In this document: piece after piece, positions 10,048 through 23,277 of the stretch | How positions within the stretch are numbered: the first letter of the stretch is position 1 | How the letters are laid out: every line of letters begins with the position of its first letter | Source of the DNA: Diploschistes diacapsis | Taxonomy: Eukaryota | Reading direction: 5' to 3' | DNA: 41,095 bases | NCBI GenBank assembly: GCA_023645945.1 | Contig: JALAIB010000049.1 | Coordinates: 1 to 41,095 of the forward strand | Notes under the pieces: model-generated | Databases searched by the model: none | Seen by the model: the letters and a program-made list of their open reading frames with translations, nothing else | Told to the model about the DNA's origin: nothing | Made by a program: the position numbers and the translations under genes

Positions 10048-11875
10048 TCACACATGCTTCCAGACCAGCCTGACTTGATCCGCGTTCTTCATGCGCAGCA
10101 GCAGTCCATGCTCGCTATCCTCGCAGACTCGGAGAATCCGCTCTTGGGCCTCGCGGTAGTCGCCCTCGGCAGCATCCACAAGCCGCACACGGTGAGATTG
10201 TAGCAATTGAGCAAGCACCGCAACGAACTCCACTTGGGCAAATTTCTTGCCTGGGCAGTTCTGGGGCCCGTCGGACCAGGGTAGATACGTTCCGCGCTTA
10301 GGAACATAGAACCCTGCCGTGGTAGCGTTGGGGTTGGACGCTGGCGCATCGGGCAGAATCCATCTGTTGGGGCGCCATGACAGAGGGTCGGGGCCTCAGT
10401 ATTTGGAATGCGTGTGGACAACAAGAACGCTCGGCACGACCATGATGCTCGGATCAACTTGCAACTCTCTTGCTCCTATCCTCAGGGGCACGGATTGTCT
10501 GGTGGCGAGCTTGGGTAAAGCCATGATGGGTGGGTACAGTCGTACCGTTTCGTACTGGAAGTCGTCAACAAACCGCTGGGGAAGGAGAAAAGACTGAACA
10601 TACCAGCACGGCCAGGCATCTCTTTAGACGCGGAAATAACTTGACGTAGTCCCAGGTCTCGCTATTCTCATCCGGCAGAACTTGCTCGAGCTCTTCGGCT
10701 ACCCATTCCTGGACTAGGGGATTGGCAGCAAGCAGGAGCATTGCGTAAGCAAGGGTGTTCGCAGTAGTGTCGTGGCCGGCAAAGTTGATGACATAGATGT
10801 TGCCTAGGATCTCACTGACGCTGAGCCCCTTCGGCCCTTCAGAGTGCGCAATTTCTTTCCTCTCCTGCTCCTCCTCGGAAGCGCGGACAAGTGAAGACAT
10901 CAGATTACCCGTGCCAGGCTTACCGGCATCTAGTAGACGACGTTCCTCGTTCGACATGCTCGTCATGTAAGATTTGAACTCGCTAGTTGCCTGGCCGATC
11001 CGGCTCCAGGTCTTGGGAACGAACGGCACTTTGAGAAGCCGTGGAGGTACCAACATCATAAAAAGCGAGTTGTCCAGAGTCATCATAAGGGCCTCTCTGT
11101 AAGTACGGGCCTCGTCGGGTCCTGGTTCGGTCGAGGGACGAAATTTGTAAGACTTGTTGAAGCCCGTGGCCGCGAGCACGTCGAGAGACAGAGTCCGTGT
11201 GTCTCGGGCAATACCGATTGTGCCCTTGCCACCCCAACTCGTCCATTCCTTCAGCATGTCTCTCGCTTGGCCGAGGGACTCGGACCACACGAGCTTGTTC
11301 GTGTTTTCGTTGAAGGGAGCTGCGACGATTTTCCGATGCCGCTTCCATTCAACGGGCCCGACCTGACTCTTCTTAGCAACTTCACTCAGCAGAATGAGCA
11401 TCGCATCTTACAGTGGCCACATTCCGCCCGAATATGTTCATCATCTCTGATAGTAGTTAATGGGTTCCGGGGAACCGAAGAGATGTTGCATACTGTAAAG
11501 CTCGACGGGTCGAATGAAATCCTGCCGTCGGTCGAATATCTCGTTGATAGCATCAGGATCGCAAACGTGTAGAAAAGTCTCTCGCGGAGTAATAAGGACG
11601 AAAGCATCTCGGAGCCTCTCGTGTGTGCTGGCCTTATCGGCGAAATGCCATCCTCGTCATGCATAATTGAAGCTGCCAAGTGAGAAGGGCAAGCTGTCCA
11701 GTACCCGGAATATCAAAGGCTCAATGACGATCCAGAGTACATTCATGGGACTGACAGGTACAGCGATAACCGGGATTTTCAATGCTCGAGCGCGATCCAC
11801 ATTTCGTGCATAGGGCAAAGCATAGTATAGAAGCCATAGGATGCCCGCAATACTGGCCGCGCAATAGTAAATCAT
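10048..11875 (-). pseudogene. Cytochrome P450 with two premature stop codons
   Basis: N-terminal TM anchor, I-helix FAGHDTTANT, ExxR (YETVR), WRPNRW and heme motif PWSDGPQNCPG. In-frame TGA at 11657-11659 (YA*RGWHF) and at 10396-10398 (HSKY*GPDP), with the frame continuing after each. Three canonical introns. Confidence 0.85.
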
Positions 11876-13258
11876 AAAATCATATTATGGACAAGAGTGA
11901 TTTAATGGTAAGTCTCGAACATGGAAACTTAAAAGATAAGATGGTAACTGCGGAAAGGTAGGAGGTATTGAATAGGCGGCAGGATGTGCGCGGGTCAATA
12001 CAGACCATGCAAAGGGAACGATCGGTATTCTACGGAAACCTAGACCTGCAAAGATACTGGGAGTGTTGAGACGTTCGCTCAGAGGCACTCGGACATGGTC
12101 GAGGAGTGCTTGATGGCGCTACTCAGCCTTGGTTGCCATCTCTTTCTCGCAGTTGTGGCCCATTTACGATGTAGCGACTATTGTGACAGGCCATGACAGT
12201 CCCGCAAGAAGATATGGTGAGTTCAGACTTCATTAAGCCCGGGCTTGTTCTCAGATGGAGGGTATCATTTGTGCTTGCCGCGATGCAAGGTAGTAAGTGT
12301 CAGTCACCCCAATATCACGATTGGTACGCTATGATTTGATCCATGCTACTGACGCGGGGATTCAGCTCCAGCGGCCTTTTTCTACAAAGGGTATTCAAAG
12401 CCTTGCGTGTGCAGGATGATGCGCGCTCTTCTAAGACGCCACTGCTACCATACTCGCATACAACTAACGATGTGCGAAAGTTGGCATCCGCCCTACTTGT
12501 ATGCCCTAAATTTCCGACGTTGGTGCGTCTAGGACTTGCCCGCTCAACAAACTCGCCTACCCCTAGTACAGTATCTGGACGGGACGCATGAGGCAAACAA
12601 CGCATGCCCCCTACTGAGGGGGATGATGGACTTGGAAAAGTCCGTCCACGTCGGGACTAGGCTGCGCGTCTGAAATAGGACACCATTTCTTGTACCACAA
12701 GCTGTTGGTGATTCGACTGCCTAGCTGACAGACTAATGCTTCATTGCTTACATATAGCATTATTGGAGAGCATTGGGGCTGAGTGATACCCGTCGTCGTG
12801 TTCTGCGCCTAAATCGCATTTGGTGTCCCTGCACATTATTAGCTCCTAGAAGCCTGGTGGACTTACGCCTAACCGCCAGCGGCTAGAACGAACGGGCCTT
12901 GTTTCCACTAAGCTCGGTGATGCTCGTGAATACCTATTTCATTTAGTCATGGTGGCCTGCGGGTTAGCAGAGAGCAGAGTAGCGTGGCGACGCCTAATCA
13001 GCCCGGAAGGGGCGAGCAGCCTTGAACATGCACAGCGAGCGAAGCGAAGCCTCTTGGACGGCGACCACTACATACATCATGGGACGACCAATCAATCGAA
13101 AGGGTGAATGGATCCTTTCGGAAAAAGTGGGCTAGTTTTTAGAGAACCCGCTGACTCTTGCTTGTATTCTGTAATACAACATTGTATGCATGCGACCCTG
13201 GCCTGTTCAATTTGCTTTGGAAGGTTTGCGGCCAACTTTCTTAGTGTCATCTATGCAC

Positions 13259-14603
13259 TTACACCATCTCGGCACCCTCTCGGTAGCAGGTGTTGTTCAC
13301 GTAGGCCTGAGGCGTGCGCGAATCGTCTCCCGTAGCAACAGACTGTCCCATGTTCCGGGTCACATAGATTGTGTCCATGGGCATGATCTTGTCTTTTGAG
13401 CCAGACTCCGAAGATACCGACCTGTGCCTGTGTGTTCTCCCAGTAGCGTTGCTCCTCTTGAATGTAAATGCCCTTGCGTACGTGTTCGATGAACTGAACA
13501 TGGACAATGGGCCGTGCCACCAGGTAGAGGACTGATTAGTAATCTTTGGAATCCCAGGGTCGTTTGACTTGACGAACAGTTGGCGGAATGATGCCAAGCA
13601 CGACACGATCAGCGCTCGAATGTGTCAGCCGGAAGTAGGAATCATGGTACGAACAATAAAGACTTACAGACTTGTATCTCGATGTTGCTCCACATGTACA
13701 GCCAGGTAGCATCGACGTTTTTATCTGGATTGTACACCAAGGAGACTCGAATGATGGCAAGAACAATCACAATAACGGTCAATGAGAAAATCCCCACCAA
13801 AGCCAACTTCCTTCGGAACGAAATGCGGACTCTCCAGAGCATGATTATTGGAATTGATAAAACTGAATGGTTAGCACCTGTGTAGTCATATGGGACAAGC
13901 GCTTACTGAGTCCATCTGTCAGGATGTCGACGGCCAGGATATAAAACAGAGTGGTATACTGAAAAGCTATTGCTCCTGGGGTAGAACAATGCGCTGAGCT
14001 GAAATCAGTTCGACATACTGCACTCGACGCGGCAGACTCACTGAAGATGTATTCAAGCGGACCGAGGCTGCAGCCCCAACTCATCACACCAACGGCCGAG
14101 CCCAGTGTTAGCAGGGTGAATGTGAAGACACACCACCACCAAATCTTCTGACCACGGACATTGGCGCCTAACCTTCTAAAGAATATCAAGAAAGAGAACT
14201 TCACGAGCCATAGACCAATGTAGTAGAACATTACTGTTGGCACTTGTGAGTGCATGGGTATCTGCTCCTTTGCCAGCACATCGAGCGTTGGAGCAACAGT
14301 CCCACCTGCCAGTTGATACAGAAGATATAATGCTGGTAGCTGAGACTGCCATATGGCTGATGTGACCAACAGCAAGATCCAGGCAGTGAGAACCATGTAG
14401 TCGTCGAGGTAGAGCTTTTGGAATGCTGTCAAACGAACGTAGAAGCGGAATGCGATAAAGCACGCCGCAACGACTGTTCCTCCCCACATTACACCCTGGG
14501 CAGCGTAAGAGAATCAACTGTATCTTGCTCGAGTAGTGCCTACCTCGAAAGCCTCCTGGTTGACCCGAGCCTTGTAATGGGTTGCGCTATGATTGAAAGC
14601 CAT
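13259..14603 (-). CDS. PTH11-like integral membrane protein (fungal rhodopsin-type 7TM domain, no CFEM), 5 exons
   Basis: Spliced reading MAFNHS...FRFYVRL...LYLDDY...LWLVKFSFLIFFRRL...DILTDGLILSVPIIMLWRVRISFRRKLALVGIFSL...W..IEIQV..IVSCLASFRQLF, which is the PTH11-family motif series. Canonical introns. Confidence 0.85.
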
Positions 14604-15514
14604 TCTTCATCCGAGGCCGTTAGATATTGACAGATAAAGAGGGTGAATGGTGGCAGTTAGGAATAGACTTAACGAAGATGAGTGAGCGGGAAAAAACTTG
14701 AAGAGCTGAAAAGATGTAGATAGAGAAAATGAATTAGACACTTTCAAGTGAAGAGCTCTGGCATACTCAGAAACAGCACTACTGCTGCACATCAACTGGC
14801 TAGCCTCGTCCAGGAGGTGCAGCAGCGGCGGTATTGTACGAAGTAGCCTACTTCGAGATTGCCGCAAGCTTGCATCTTGCATCTTGCATGTATCGTGGCC
14901 GCTAGAGAGCAGCTACCACGTCTTCGAAAATCACCGTTTTCATGAATCGATTTCTTGTTGTCGCTTCGGATCGATACAATTGAATACATTACATGCCATG
15001 TAAACAACAAATGCTCCAAATATTTCTTGCATGGCGAAGAACCGTCCAGGACAGTATGTTTTGCTTCCCCCGTAACGCACAGCTAGGCAAGAAGGGGGCC
15101 CGGAACGGATAGTTAGTTGGTTACCTGTACATCCATTGCCTTGCAGCTCAAATTTGGGAGTGCCACGATCTCACTGGACTTACTTGCTTCTCTTAATTCC
15201 TCACCAATAGTTAACTGATGCATGCAGGTAGGTTCAACAATACTGCTGAGGTCACCCAGTGTGCCGTATGTGGCCGCAGTTCTCGCTGCATATGGTATTC
15301 GGCCTATCATGTGTGAGGGTTGCCTCAAGAGGCGGATCGGATTCAACAGGTGCAAAGCGCTGGGAGTAATATTCCACATCGACAGCTAGCTTCTGGCAGA
15401 GCCCTCGTCCTGTGCTCCCACATTTCTTCTACCCTTTTCACTTCCGCTTTTGCTTATCCGCACCTCTCTTCTTGTCTTTGTTTCGATTCCCAGAGTTCAA
15501 CGGCCTGATCCGCA

Positions 15515-17435
15515 ATGAAGGAAGCAGCTGCTCTAACACCACACGCTGGTTCCCACCATCTCTCAGGATGGAGGCTCTTTGTTGTGATTGCCTCTCTCTA
15601 TCTAGGGACTTTTGTGATGGCTCTTGACACGAACATCATCAACGTCGCCGTCCCAAAGATCTCGGCCGACTTCGATGCCCTTGAGCAAGTTGCGTGGTAT
15701 GGGTCAGCTTACCTACTTACCCTAACAGCATGCCAAACGGCCTTTGGAACCCTCTATAAGTACTTTGATATCACAGTTGTATATCGGAGCTGCATTTTTA
15801 TTTTCGAAGGCATGTTGCTCTTGCACCGAATGGACCGAATCGCTGATTGCTCGCAGTGGGATCTATTGTTACGGCAGCGGCGACGAGCTCACCAATGTTC
15901 ATCGTAGGCCGCGCTATTGCTGGCCTAGGCGCAGCAGGTCTTTTACAAGGTTCCTTGAGTATTATAGGTCATGCAGTCGAGTTGCAGAAGCGACCACTGT
16001 ATATGGGCATTGTAATCAGCGTATTTGTAATATCTGTATGCATTGGACCAGTGATTGGGGGCGCACTCACTACAAACGTGAGTTGGAGGTGGTGCTTCTG
16101 GATGTCTGTTACCCTTTTTTCTTGTGCCCAAAAACATATACTGACGAGTTTCAATAGTAACGTGCCTATTGGAGCCGTAGTTATCGTTCTTCTGTTTCTT
16201 TTTCTTAAATTGAAGGGACTTGATAACGAGGATCGGAAGCTGCCCCTCTCCCAAAAGCTTAGGCGGATCGATCCAGTAAGTTGTGTGGTATTTATCGGCG
16301 CTGTTTGCTGCCTGCTGCTCGCGCTTCAATGGGGAGGCCAGTCAGTGCCTTGGAATTCTTCTAAAGTTTGGGGACTGTTCGTTGGGTCGGGCCTATTATT
16401 ATTGCTATTTTGCATATTGCAATGGAAGTTTGGAGAGAAAGCGACAATCCCACCTCGTATATTTAGACAGCGTTCTGTTATGGCTGGCTCCGGTGTCCTC
16501 TTCTTCCTTGGTGCTTCACTTTATCTGGTAGGCCATTGATTTTACCGCTAGATCTATTGATCTGATTCTTTCCAGGATTCCTTCTTTATTCCGTTCTGGT
16601 TCCAGGCGGTCGGCGGCCTGAACGCTATGGACAGCGGTGTCAGATTGATACCACTTTTCCTCCCGCAGATGGTTTCGCTCATTATTTTCGGCGCTGTTGT
16701 TACTAGATGGGGCCACTATGTCCCTTACATCCTCCTTGGAGAGATGATCTCTATCGTTGGCACAGTTTTGCTAACCAAACTTGAGTTATGGTCTTCCGCG
16801 GTCTTCTGGGGGGCTGCATTGGTTATAACTGGCTTGGGAATGGGACTGGCCATGCAGCTACCCTATACAGCTATACAAGTAGCTCTTCCGTAAGTTTACT
16901 CCCATTATTAGTATGAAGCTCTGCTGACCGAGCTCCCAAGAGAGGCGGACCTACCGATTGGAAACGGTAAGTTTTGTTAAATAGGAGTGTATCGGGCGAT
17001 TGCTAAAAGTGATATAGCTATCTTGGTGTTCGTCTGGCAGCTCGGAGGGTAAGCCTAAGACTCATATGGCTGAAGATGCATGCTCAGTCTTTCATTAGTG
17101 CAGTTGCCATAGCCATTGGGCAGAACATAACTGTCAACACAATAGTCCAAGAAGTGGCCCAAGCTGCCCCAGGAGTGAGTTTAGCTTCTGTGCTCGCAGC
17201 AGGGGCTATCAATCTTCCTCTGGTCACGGATACGCCATCGGTGCTGCAGGCTTTGCGCGGGATCTGGAACCTAGCAATAAGTCGTACAATGATTGTGTCC
17301 TTAGCTATGGTCTGCGCGGCAGTACCATTCAGTTGCGGCATGGAATGGCTGAATGCGAAGGAAATTGCTGCCACAAGGAAACAAGAGGTGGCGAATTTCG
17401 AGAAGCAGGGTAATGAGAATGGTGCAGAGGTATGA
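15515..17435 (+). CDS. MFS drug:H+ antiporter (DHA2, 14-TM; AflT/GliA-like efflux pump), 7 exons
   Basis: ALDTNIINVAVPKI, WYGSAYLL, MFIVGRAIAGLGAAG, GPVIGGALT..VSWRWCFWINVPIG, LQWGG..PWNS, PFWFQAV. The spliced frame is open to TGA 17435. The first intron has a GC donor. Confidence 0.92.
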
Positions 17436-18780
17436 ATAAACGATACGAGCAGTAGCTAGTAACAGCCGGGGGAAAGGGATACTATGTCTTCGAAATGGAA
17501 GCCCAAGTGGAGGAGTCAAGATGTTGCTTTCTTGACTAAGGTAGATATATGTAGTATGGTCAAGCGCTTGAGGGGAGAGAACAGTTTATCCATTAACGAT
17601 GAACTGAGTAGCTTTAAGTCCTTGATTGTCCCAGCAACGAACATATTTGCAGTAGAAATCCTAGACGAAGACAAGATGGACCTTTGGTTGAAACAAGTAC
17701 CAAATTGTAGCCTATACGCAGTCAATAAGTAATCTCGACATGAGACACATTGCGATTAACTACAATGATCAAAATATATCCATCTGATATGGTCAGCCTC
17801 CAGCTCTCTTGCAGACTCTAAACCACCTACAGTCATTCCATCCCCAAGGATCTAATGCATTCGTTTTCAAATAGAGTTTCTGTAACAACAGAACGCCCAA
17901 TATAATCGAAGCGTAGCGTCGAGGTAACGCAAACCAAGCGTATCGTTGCCGAGAGCAGATGAATGCAGAGTGTCGATTACTAAGCGGAGGGAGCTTGGGA
18001 ACCAGCCTCAAATCCCATGCTTGAGAAGGGAGCAATTAGCAATATCAGCCTCGATCAACCTTATCTGTGAGAGTGTGGAACAATCTCTCCAGGGGACATC
18101 GATTGAGAGCTTGACTCTATAAGCACTACAGAGAGTATCGAACGCTAAAATGTCTCGCAGTGATAGAAGACACGGCCCTCTCAAGCTGCAGCCTCTATTA
18201 CTAGTAACCTCACCGCCTCAGGCACAAAACGAACCCGCAAGTATGAGGGAGAGTTTCTGCAAGTATCGCATGGTTTGTTAGTGCTCGATCTGAAGCACCT
18301 CCGAAGCTGCTGTGTAGGCACAAAACAAAGTAGTAGAAGTGTGGAGCTCTTTGGCATGCCAATTATCATTAATATCGCCTGCTTTACCTCGATATGCCGT
18401 GAGACTGGAAATTTCTGCCTTGAGTAGGAAGTTCAAAGCGATAGAGCGTGAGAGAGCGTTACAAGGCTTACAGAAGCGAAAACGTTCGACATTCCGAGCA
18501 GAGCTGCAAAGTAGTTGCTAAAAAACTTGATTATCGAATCCGAAAGCATTTCACCAGGGCTTTGCTACCCGCGCTTGCTAATGTATACACCAAAACTCTG
18601 AGCCTCGAAAGGTTGGAATTTGTACAACCGAAGATTGCCCCAGTCGTACGCACTTATCCAGACATATGCCACGGTACAGATACCGACTCGGTGAGAGTAC
18701 CCATAACACCCCACGAGAACAAAACAATTGCTCCGCCCATAGTCCCAAAAACCCGAAATAAGCCGCCATCACCCACCCTA

Positions 18781-21700
18781 TCAAGCCCTATTTCTCTGCG
18801 ACGCTAGCGAAGAATAAGCACGAGCGACCTCGAAGAAGAAGAAGAAGGAACCATCCGAGCTACTTACACGTTAACAAGCCCAAGAAGCCCTTCGCGTTCC
18901 TGTTCGTAGAACCTCCTTGGCTGTTCCCCACTTTAGCCGGCGCATTGGGCGCATCCGCTTCGTCGTCCTCGGAACTACTAGAACTGTCGGTGCTGCTCTC
19001 GAGTGCTGCGCTGAATAGCAGATGGCTTGGTTTGGACAAGGGCGTTTTGTGCGGTGGAAGACTGGGGTACTTGATCGCGTCCGTGTGGAGGGGAGTGTTC
19101 TTCATTTCGCTCAGGCTGGGGTATTTTCCGGATGAGAGGTAGCTCGGGCGGGAGCTCGACGATTTGAATGAAGTGTTTTGTGAGCTTTGAGGGTTAACAT
19201 TCTTGGTAACCGCAGGCGTCTGTGTGGATTGGGTGAGGGACACCGAGCTCTCGAGTTGGAGTTGGTTCGCAGCTTTCTTTGCGTCGAGGCTGCTACTCTG
19301 CGACTCTCGTTGACTTAGTAATACGCTCTCGATGGGCGTTTCTGGCGCAAGGCGAGGCTCTTTGATTTCGCTCCTGGTGGTGACAGGATCGGTTCTGTGA
19401 AGTGCACTATTTGAATCCAAGGACGGTGTGCTGGCATTCGACGCAGGACTTTTCTCCTGAAATGAATCTACCTTTGTAGCTTCCACTGTAGGGTTTGCTT
19501 CGTCCTCTTCTTCAGAGCCTTTACTATCTGACGGATTCTCGCTTTTCTCTTCGAACAGATTGTCATCCTGTTCCACGCTTTCTTCACTTTCATTCTCAAG
19601 GATGGTATGATGGGCTCCGAGAAGTGCGCTGCTGATCTTCAGAGAGGGTGCGCAAGCATTAAACGTAGGGCTTTCTATCCGAGCCATATCAGCCTTTGTA
19701 GTTTTTAATATACGGTTCATGTCCTCCTTGTCATTAGATCCTTCGCTCTCTGACGAACTATTGCTTTCATCTTCGGACAGATTCTTGTTCTGTCCTACGG
19801 TGCTATCTACCTCTGAAGCACCACTAGAAGAATCGGATCCGTAAGTGGACTTAGTCTCGGAGCTGTCTTCAGCAGTATCTTCGGGATCAGAGGCTGACTC
19901 TGATACCGATTCTGAAGTTTTTGGTACTACCCTCGCTGGTGAACGAGAAAAGGATTTCGAGGTCTCTTTTCTTTGCTTGATAGTCGGTGGTTGTGGAGAC
20001 ATAGATTTCTCCAAGCTTTCTTCGATGGGTACAACTTCCTCGAGCCCTATTGTACTGAAGTCAAGGCTTTTCGAGACTGAAGGCGAGCGCTTTTTAGCGT
20101 CAATGACTTTAGATGATTGCGGAGCTCTTCCTTTACTCGTCTGCTTGCTTGGCTCTAATGAAGTTGTTTCTGGCTCTTCTTCTGGATCGGTTTCAGGCTT
20201 CTCACTCGATTCCCTAGCTTGTTCGGTGATTCTTGGAAAGGGGCTTTTGTTGACAGCATTGCTAGCAGTGCGTGAAGCCGACTTCGCTTTTCTAAGTTTA
20301 CCCTTTGCATTCAACTTCATTGTATTTGATGTTGGCGATGACGACCGTGATTCTGAATCCCTACTTCTCGCAATAGCAAAAAGCTGCGCATAAAAGCTTC
20401 CCCGAGCACTGCTTTTTACAGACTTTGGCGCGACCGACCTAGATCGAGAAGTCGCTCGCTCATTTTCCTTCGGCTCTACAGAAGTCGTAGATGTTTTAGT
20501 GGACCCCTCTTGAACGGCTTTTGACTCGCTAGGTTTGGCTGAGGGCTCTGGTCCTTGCGCGGAAGTTGAAGGTGTTTCAATGGACCTCTTTTGAGCTGCC
20601 CTTGGTCTGCTAGGTTTAGCGGAGGGCTTAGGTGCTTGTACAGAATCAGTGGTGGTCCGGCTTGGAGTATGCGCGGCAGCCGTGATGCGTGACTGATTGC
20701 CGACTGACGCCGAAGAAGCCAATTTACTACCTCCTCTAGTTTGAGAAGACGCTCTTCCTGGAATATAGGGGGTTATGGACATGTTCCGATGCGGTGTTGT
20801 TGTAAGCCCATTTGAAAGCCTTTGGATCGTATCTTGCTCACTCGAAATTGCCTCGGCGAGTTTTTGCCCTTTCATGGCAGACTTTGTGCTGTCCACGTCC
20901 TCGGCTCCCGGCAAATTGAACTGTGGTGTTTCCAGTCTGTTCTGTGCCGTACTGTGCGGTGACTTTTCGTTGAGTAAGTTATTTGCAGGTCTCGCTCTCG
21001 AGGTTACGTCCACCATACCTTCATCTCTGGCTGCCATATCTGTGTCTTCTCTTGCCGTTGCGTTCACAGACGCACCCGTGCCAGATCCCAGGGCTGTTTT
21101 GTAATTCTGATACCCTCTTGGCGATGCTAGCAGCTCGTTTCTTGGTGCTTGCTCGGCTTTCTTCGGTCGTCCTCTTTTCTTTTTGGCGGAAGTTGCTTGG
21201 AGATTTTCAAGAGCTCCATTCGTGCTGCCTTGGTGATTAATATGTGATTTTCTGCTTACTGTGCCACGCTTTGTGCCCTTTGCTAGCGCGGCCTGGGCTT
21301 CGACAGCAGTATTTTCAGCACTAGACTTGGCTTGAAGACGAGTCGAGTACCTTTTTGGTTTAGCTTCTTCAGGTGCTGAGTCGTGCGGTTCATGAACCTC
21401 CATTGGGTCCGCATTGCTCTCAAAATGAGAATTTTCTTGATGCTGAGTGTGGCCATCCTTTACTGCAGGGTTTTCCTCGGAGCGTGAATTGTTGGTTGAT
21501 GGTGAGTAACCTTTGGAGATTGCTCGCACTGCTTGAGCGTCAGGCGAGGGCTTGCTGGAGGTTTTGGTGTCTGGGAGTATGAATTTACGTGGAACTGGAG
21601 TCTTTCTGAGACTGAACTTGCTCCGCCATGAGGGGCCAGCTTCGAATGCAGGAAGCTCTTGCGAGCTCTCGATATCCGTGTCAAATTCGAAGACGTCCCG

Positions 21701-22941
21701 ATTTCTCTTTTTCTTCGGACTTTTGTTGGGATTTTCCTTGCTTGTTTTGATGCTGTTTGCAGAAGGTCTAGTCAATCTTCCAGTGAGCGTGGTCGCATTT
21801 ACTCGCTTAGGAGTAGTCTTTTTAGGACTCTGCTCAGCGACCTCTCTTGGAGCTTCTCGTGATAGAGACCTTACATTTGGTACGATGACCCGAGGCTCCG
21901 GTATTAATGGCTTGAGGAACTCCATTGGCTGATCATTTATTTGGACCTCTGACGGAGACGCAAGCGAGAAATGCCTCGAGTGTTGCTCGTCGGGGATCAT
22001 CCGTTCGAGGTTGGGCGATTCATCTTTAAGAATCAAAGCTGCCTCTTCTGTAGTCTTTTGGGGAGGTGGCTCCGTAATCGAAACATTTTTGACGCCTAGT
22101 AATCCATTACCAGTGAGGAGACCCAGAGGCTGGTCAACCCCTGTGGGTGGGAAGTTTGTGGGTATGGATCGAGGGGTAATGTAGGAGACTTGACCTAGAT
22201 CAAAGTTTCAGCGCTACTGATTGCCTAAGGGTAAGGGGAGAAACAGACGCTGAGGCCTTTGCGAATCCTCAACAATGACTGGCGACGCATGTCTATCCGC
22301 AGATGGGGGCCGCGCCTCAGCCTTCCCAGTGTCCTTTTCTACAGAAGCCACGGGTTGATTCTCTTGCAGTGCTCGCGCTACGGTTTCCCGCTCACTCCGC
22401 TGGCGCTTTGACGTGCCGTATTGTTCGGCAGATCCGTAGTCTCGGCTCGGGCTGTTAAAACGCCCATAGATCTCCCCATATGGTCTCTTGGGTGGACGCG
22501 CTCCCGAAGTCGCCAAAATGGAGCTGAACCGTATATTCCCCAATAACCTTAACTGTTCCGCCGTGGGTGGCTCGCGGCGCACACAGACTGTCCATTGACC
22601 TTTCCCGGCTACGCTACGGTGATCGAAACAGTCACCGAGGAGGAGATCTGAGTCAAGGATGTCTCTGTCTTCGGTCTCGAGGCATTTGATGCGTAAATTC
22701 CTAGGCCCCAATATTAGCCTACGGTAACGGCACAATTTCAATTTGGAGCGTACCCTGCACAAGGAAACAAGCTCTGAAAGCGAGCCTCAAGCTGGTAGCA
22801 CAGGTCGCCTATGGTTGCATTTGGCGAGCAAGGATGAAGAAATGGTGGAAAGTCCTGTTGATAGTGCTCGTTGAGCTCGAATTCCAGGCTCTTGATGTCC
22901 CATGGCAACACGCGCACACTCAACCTTAGCTTCTCTGGCAT
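18781..22941 (-). CDS. Net1/Dnt1-like nucleolar protein (N-terminal Cdc14-binding-type domain, long S/T/E/K-rich disordered body, AT-hook)
   Basis: N-terminus KLRLSVRVLP...FLHPCSPNATIGDLCYQLEARFQSLFP...LRIKCLETEDRDILDSDLLLGDCF resembles the Net1/Dnt1 N-domain. Introns join it in frame to the 1058-aa ORF. KKKRGRPKK AT-hook. A probable last intron (GTAAGT at ~18867) gives a stop at 18781. Confidence 0.65.
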
Positions 22942-23093
22942 TTTTTCCCACGCGCACAAATTAGTTATCCCCTCTGAAGAACTGGAATTACATTAAGCCG
23001 CTGAAGAGCTCGCCAGCACATTTCGCGCAGATACTCGTTTGCGGGTTCACGCTCCTCCTCTTCGGAAAAAAGCTTTTCCTCCATAGCCTCTTA

Positions 23094-23099
23094 ACGCGT
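23094..23099. promoter_or_regulatory. MCB (ACGCGT) element upstream of the Net1/Dnt1-like gene
   Basis: Exact ACGCGT ~150 bp upstream of ATG 22941. A hexamer, so it could be chance. Confidence 0.3.
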
Positions 23100-23277
23100 T
23101 TAAGGGGTTACACGACGTTCCCTTTCATCCAGGATCAACTTAATTTTAACACAACTTTGTCCTTTGGATAAGCTCAAACAATGTTGTTTATTTCTTTACT
23201 GCTAGCTATGGGTATCTCTAGGAATCATGGAGGAGCAAAAGTCTTGGGTCGTAAATCATGATGCTAACCACCCAAGA

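Noticed and set aside
17484..18780. Short ORFs between the MFS and Net1/Dnt1-like genes
   Set aside because: No recognisable motif or coherent splice model. Possibly degraded sequence, but unsupported.
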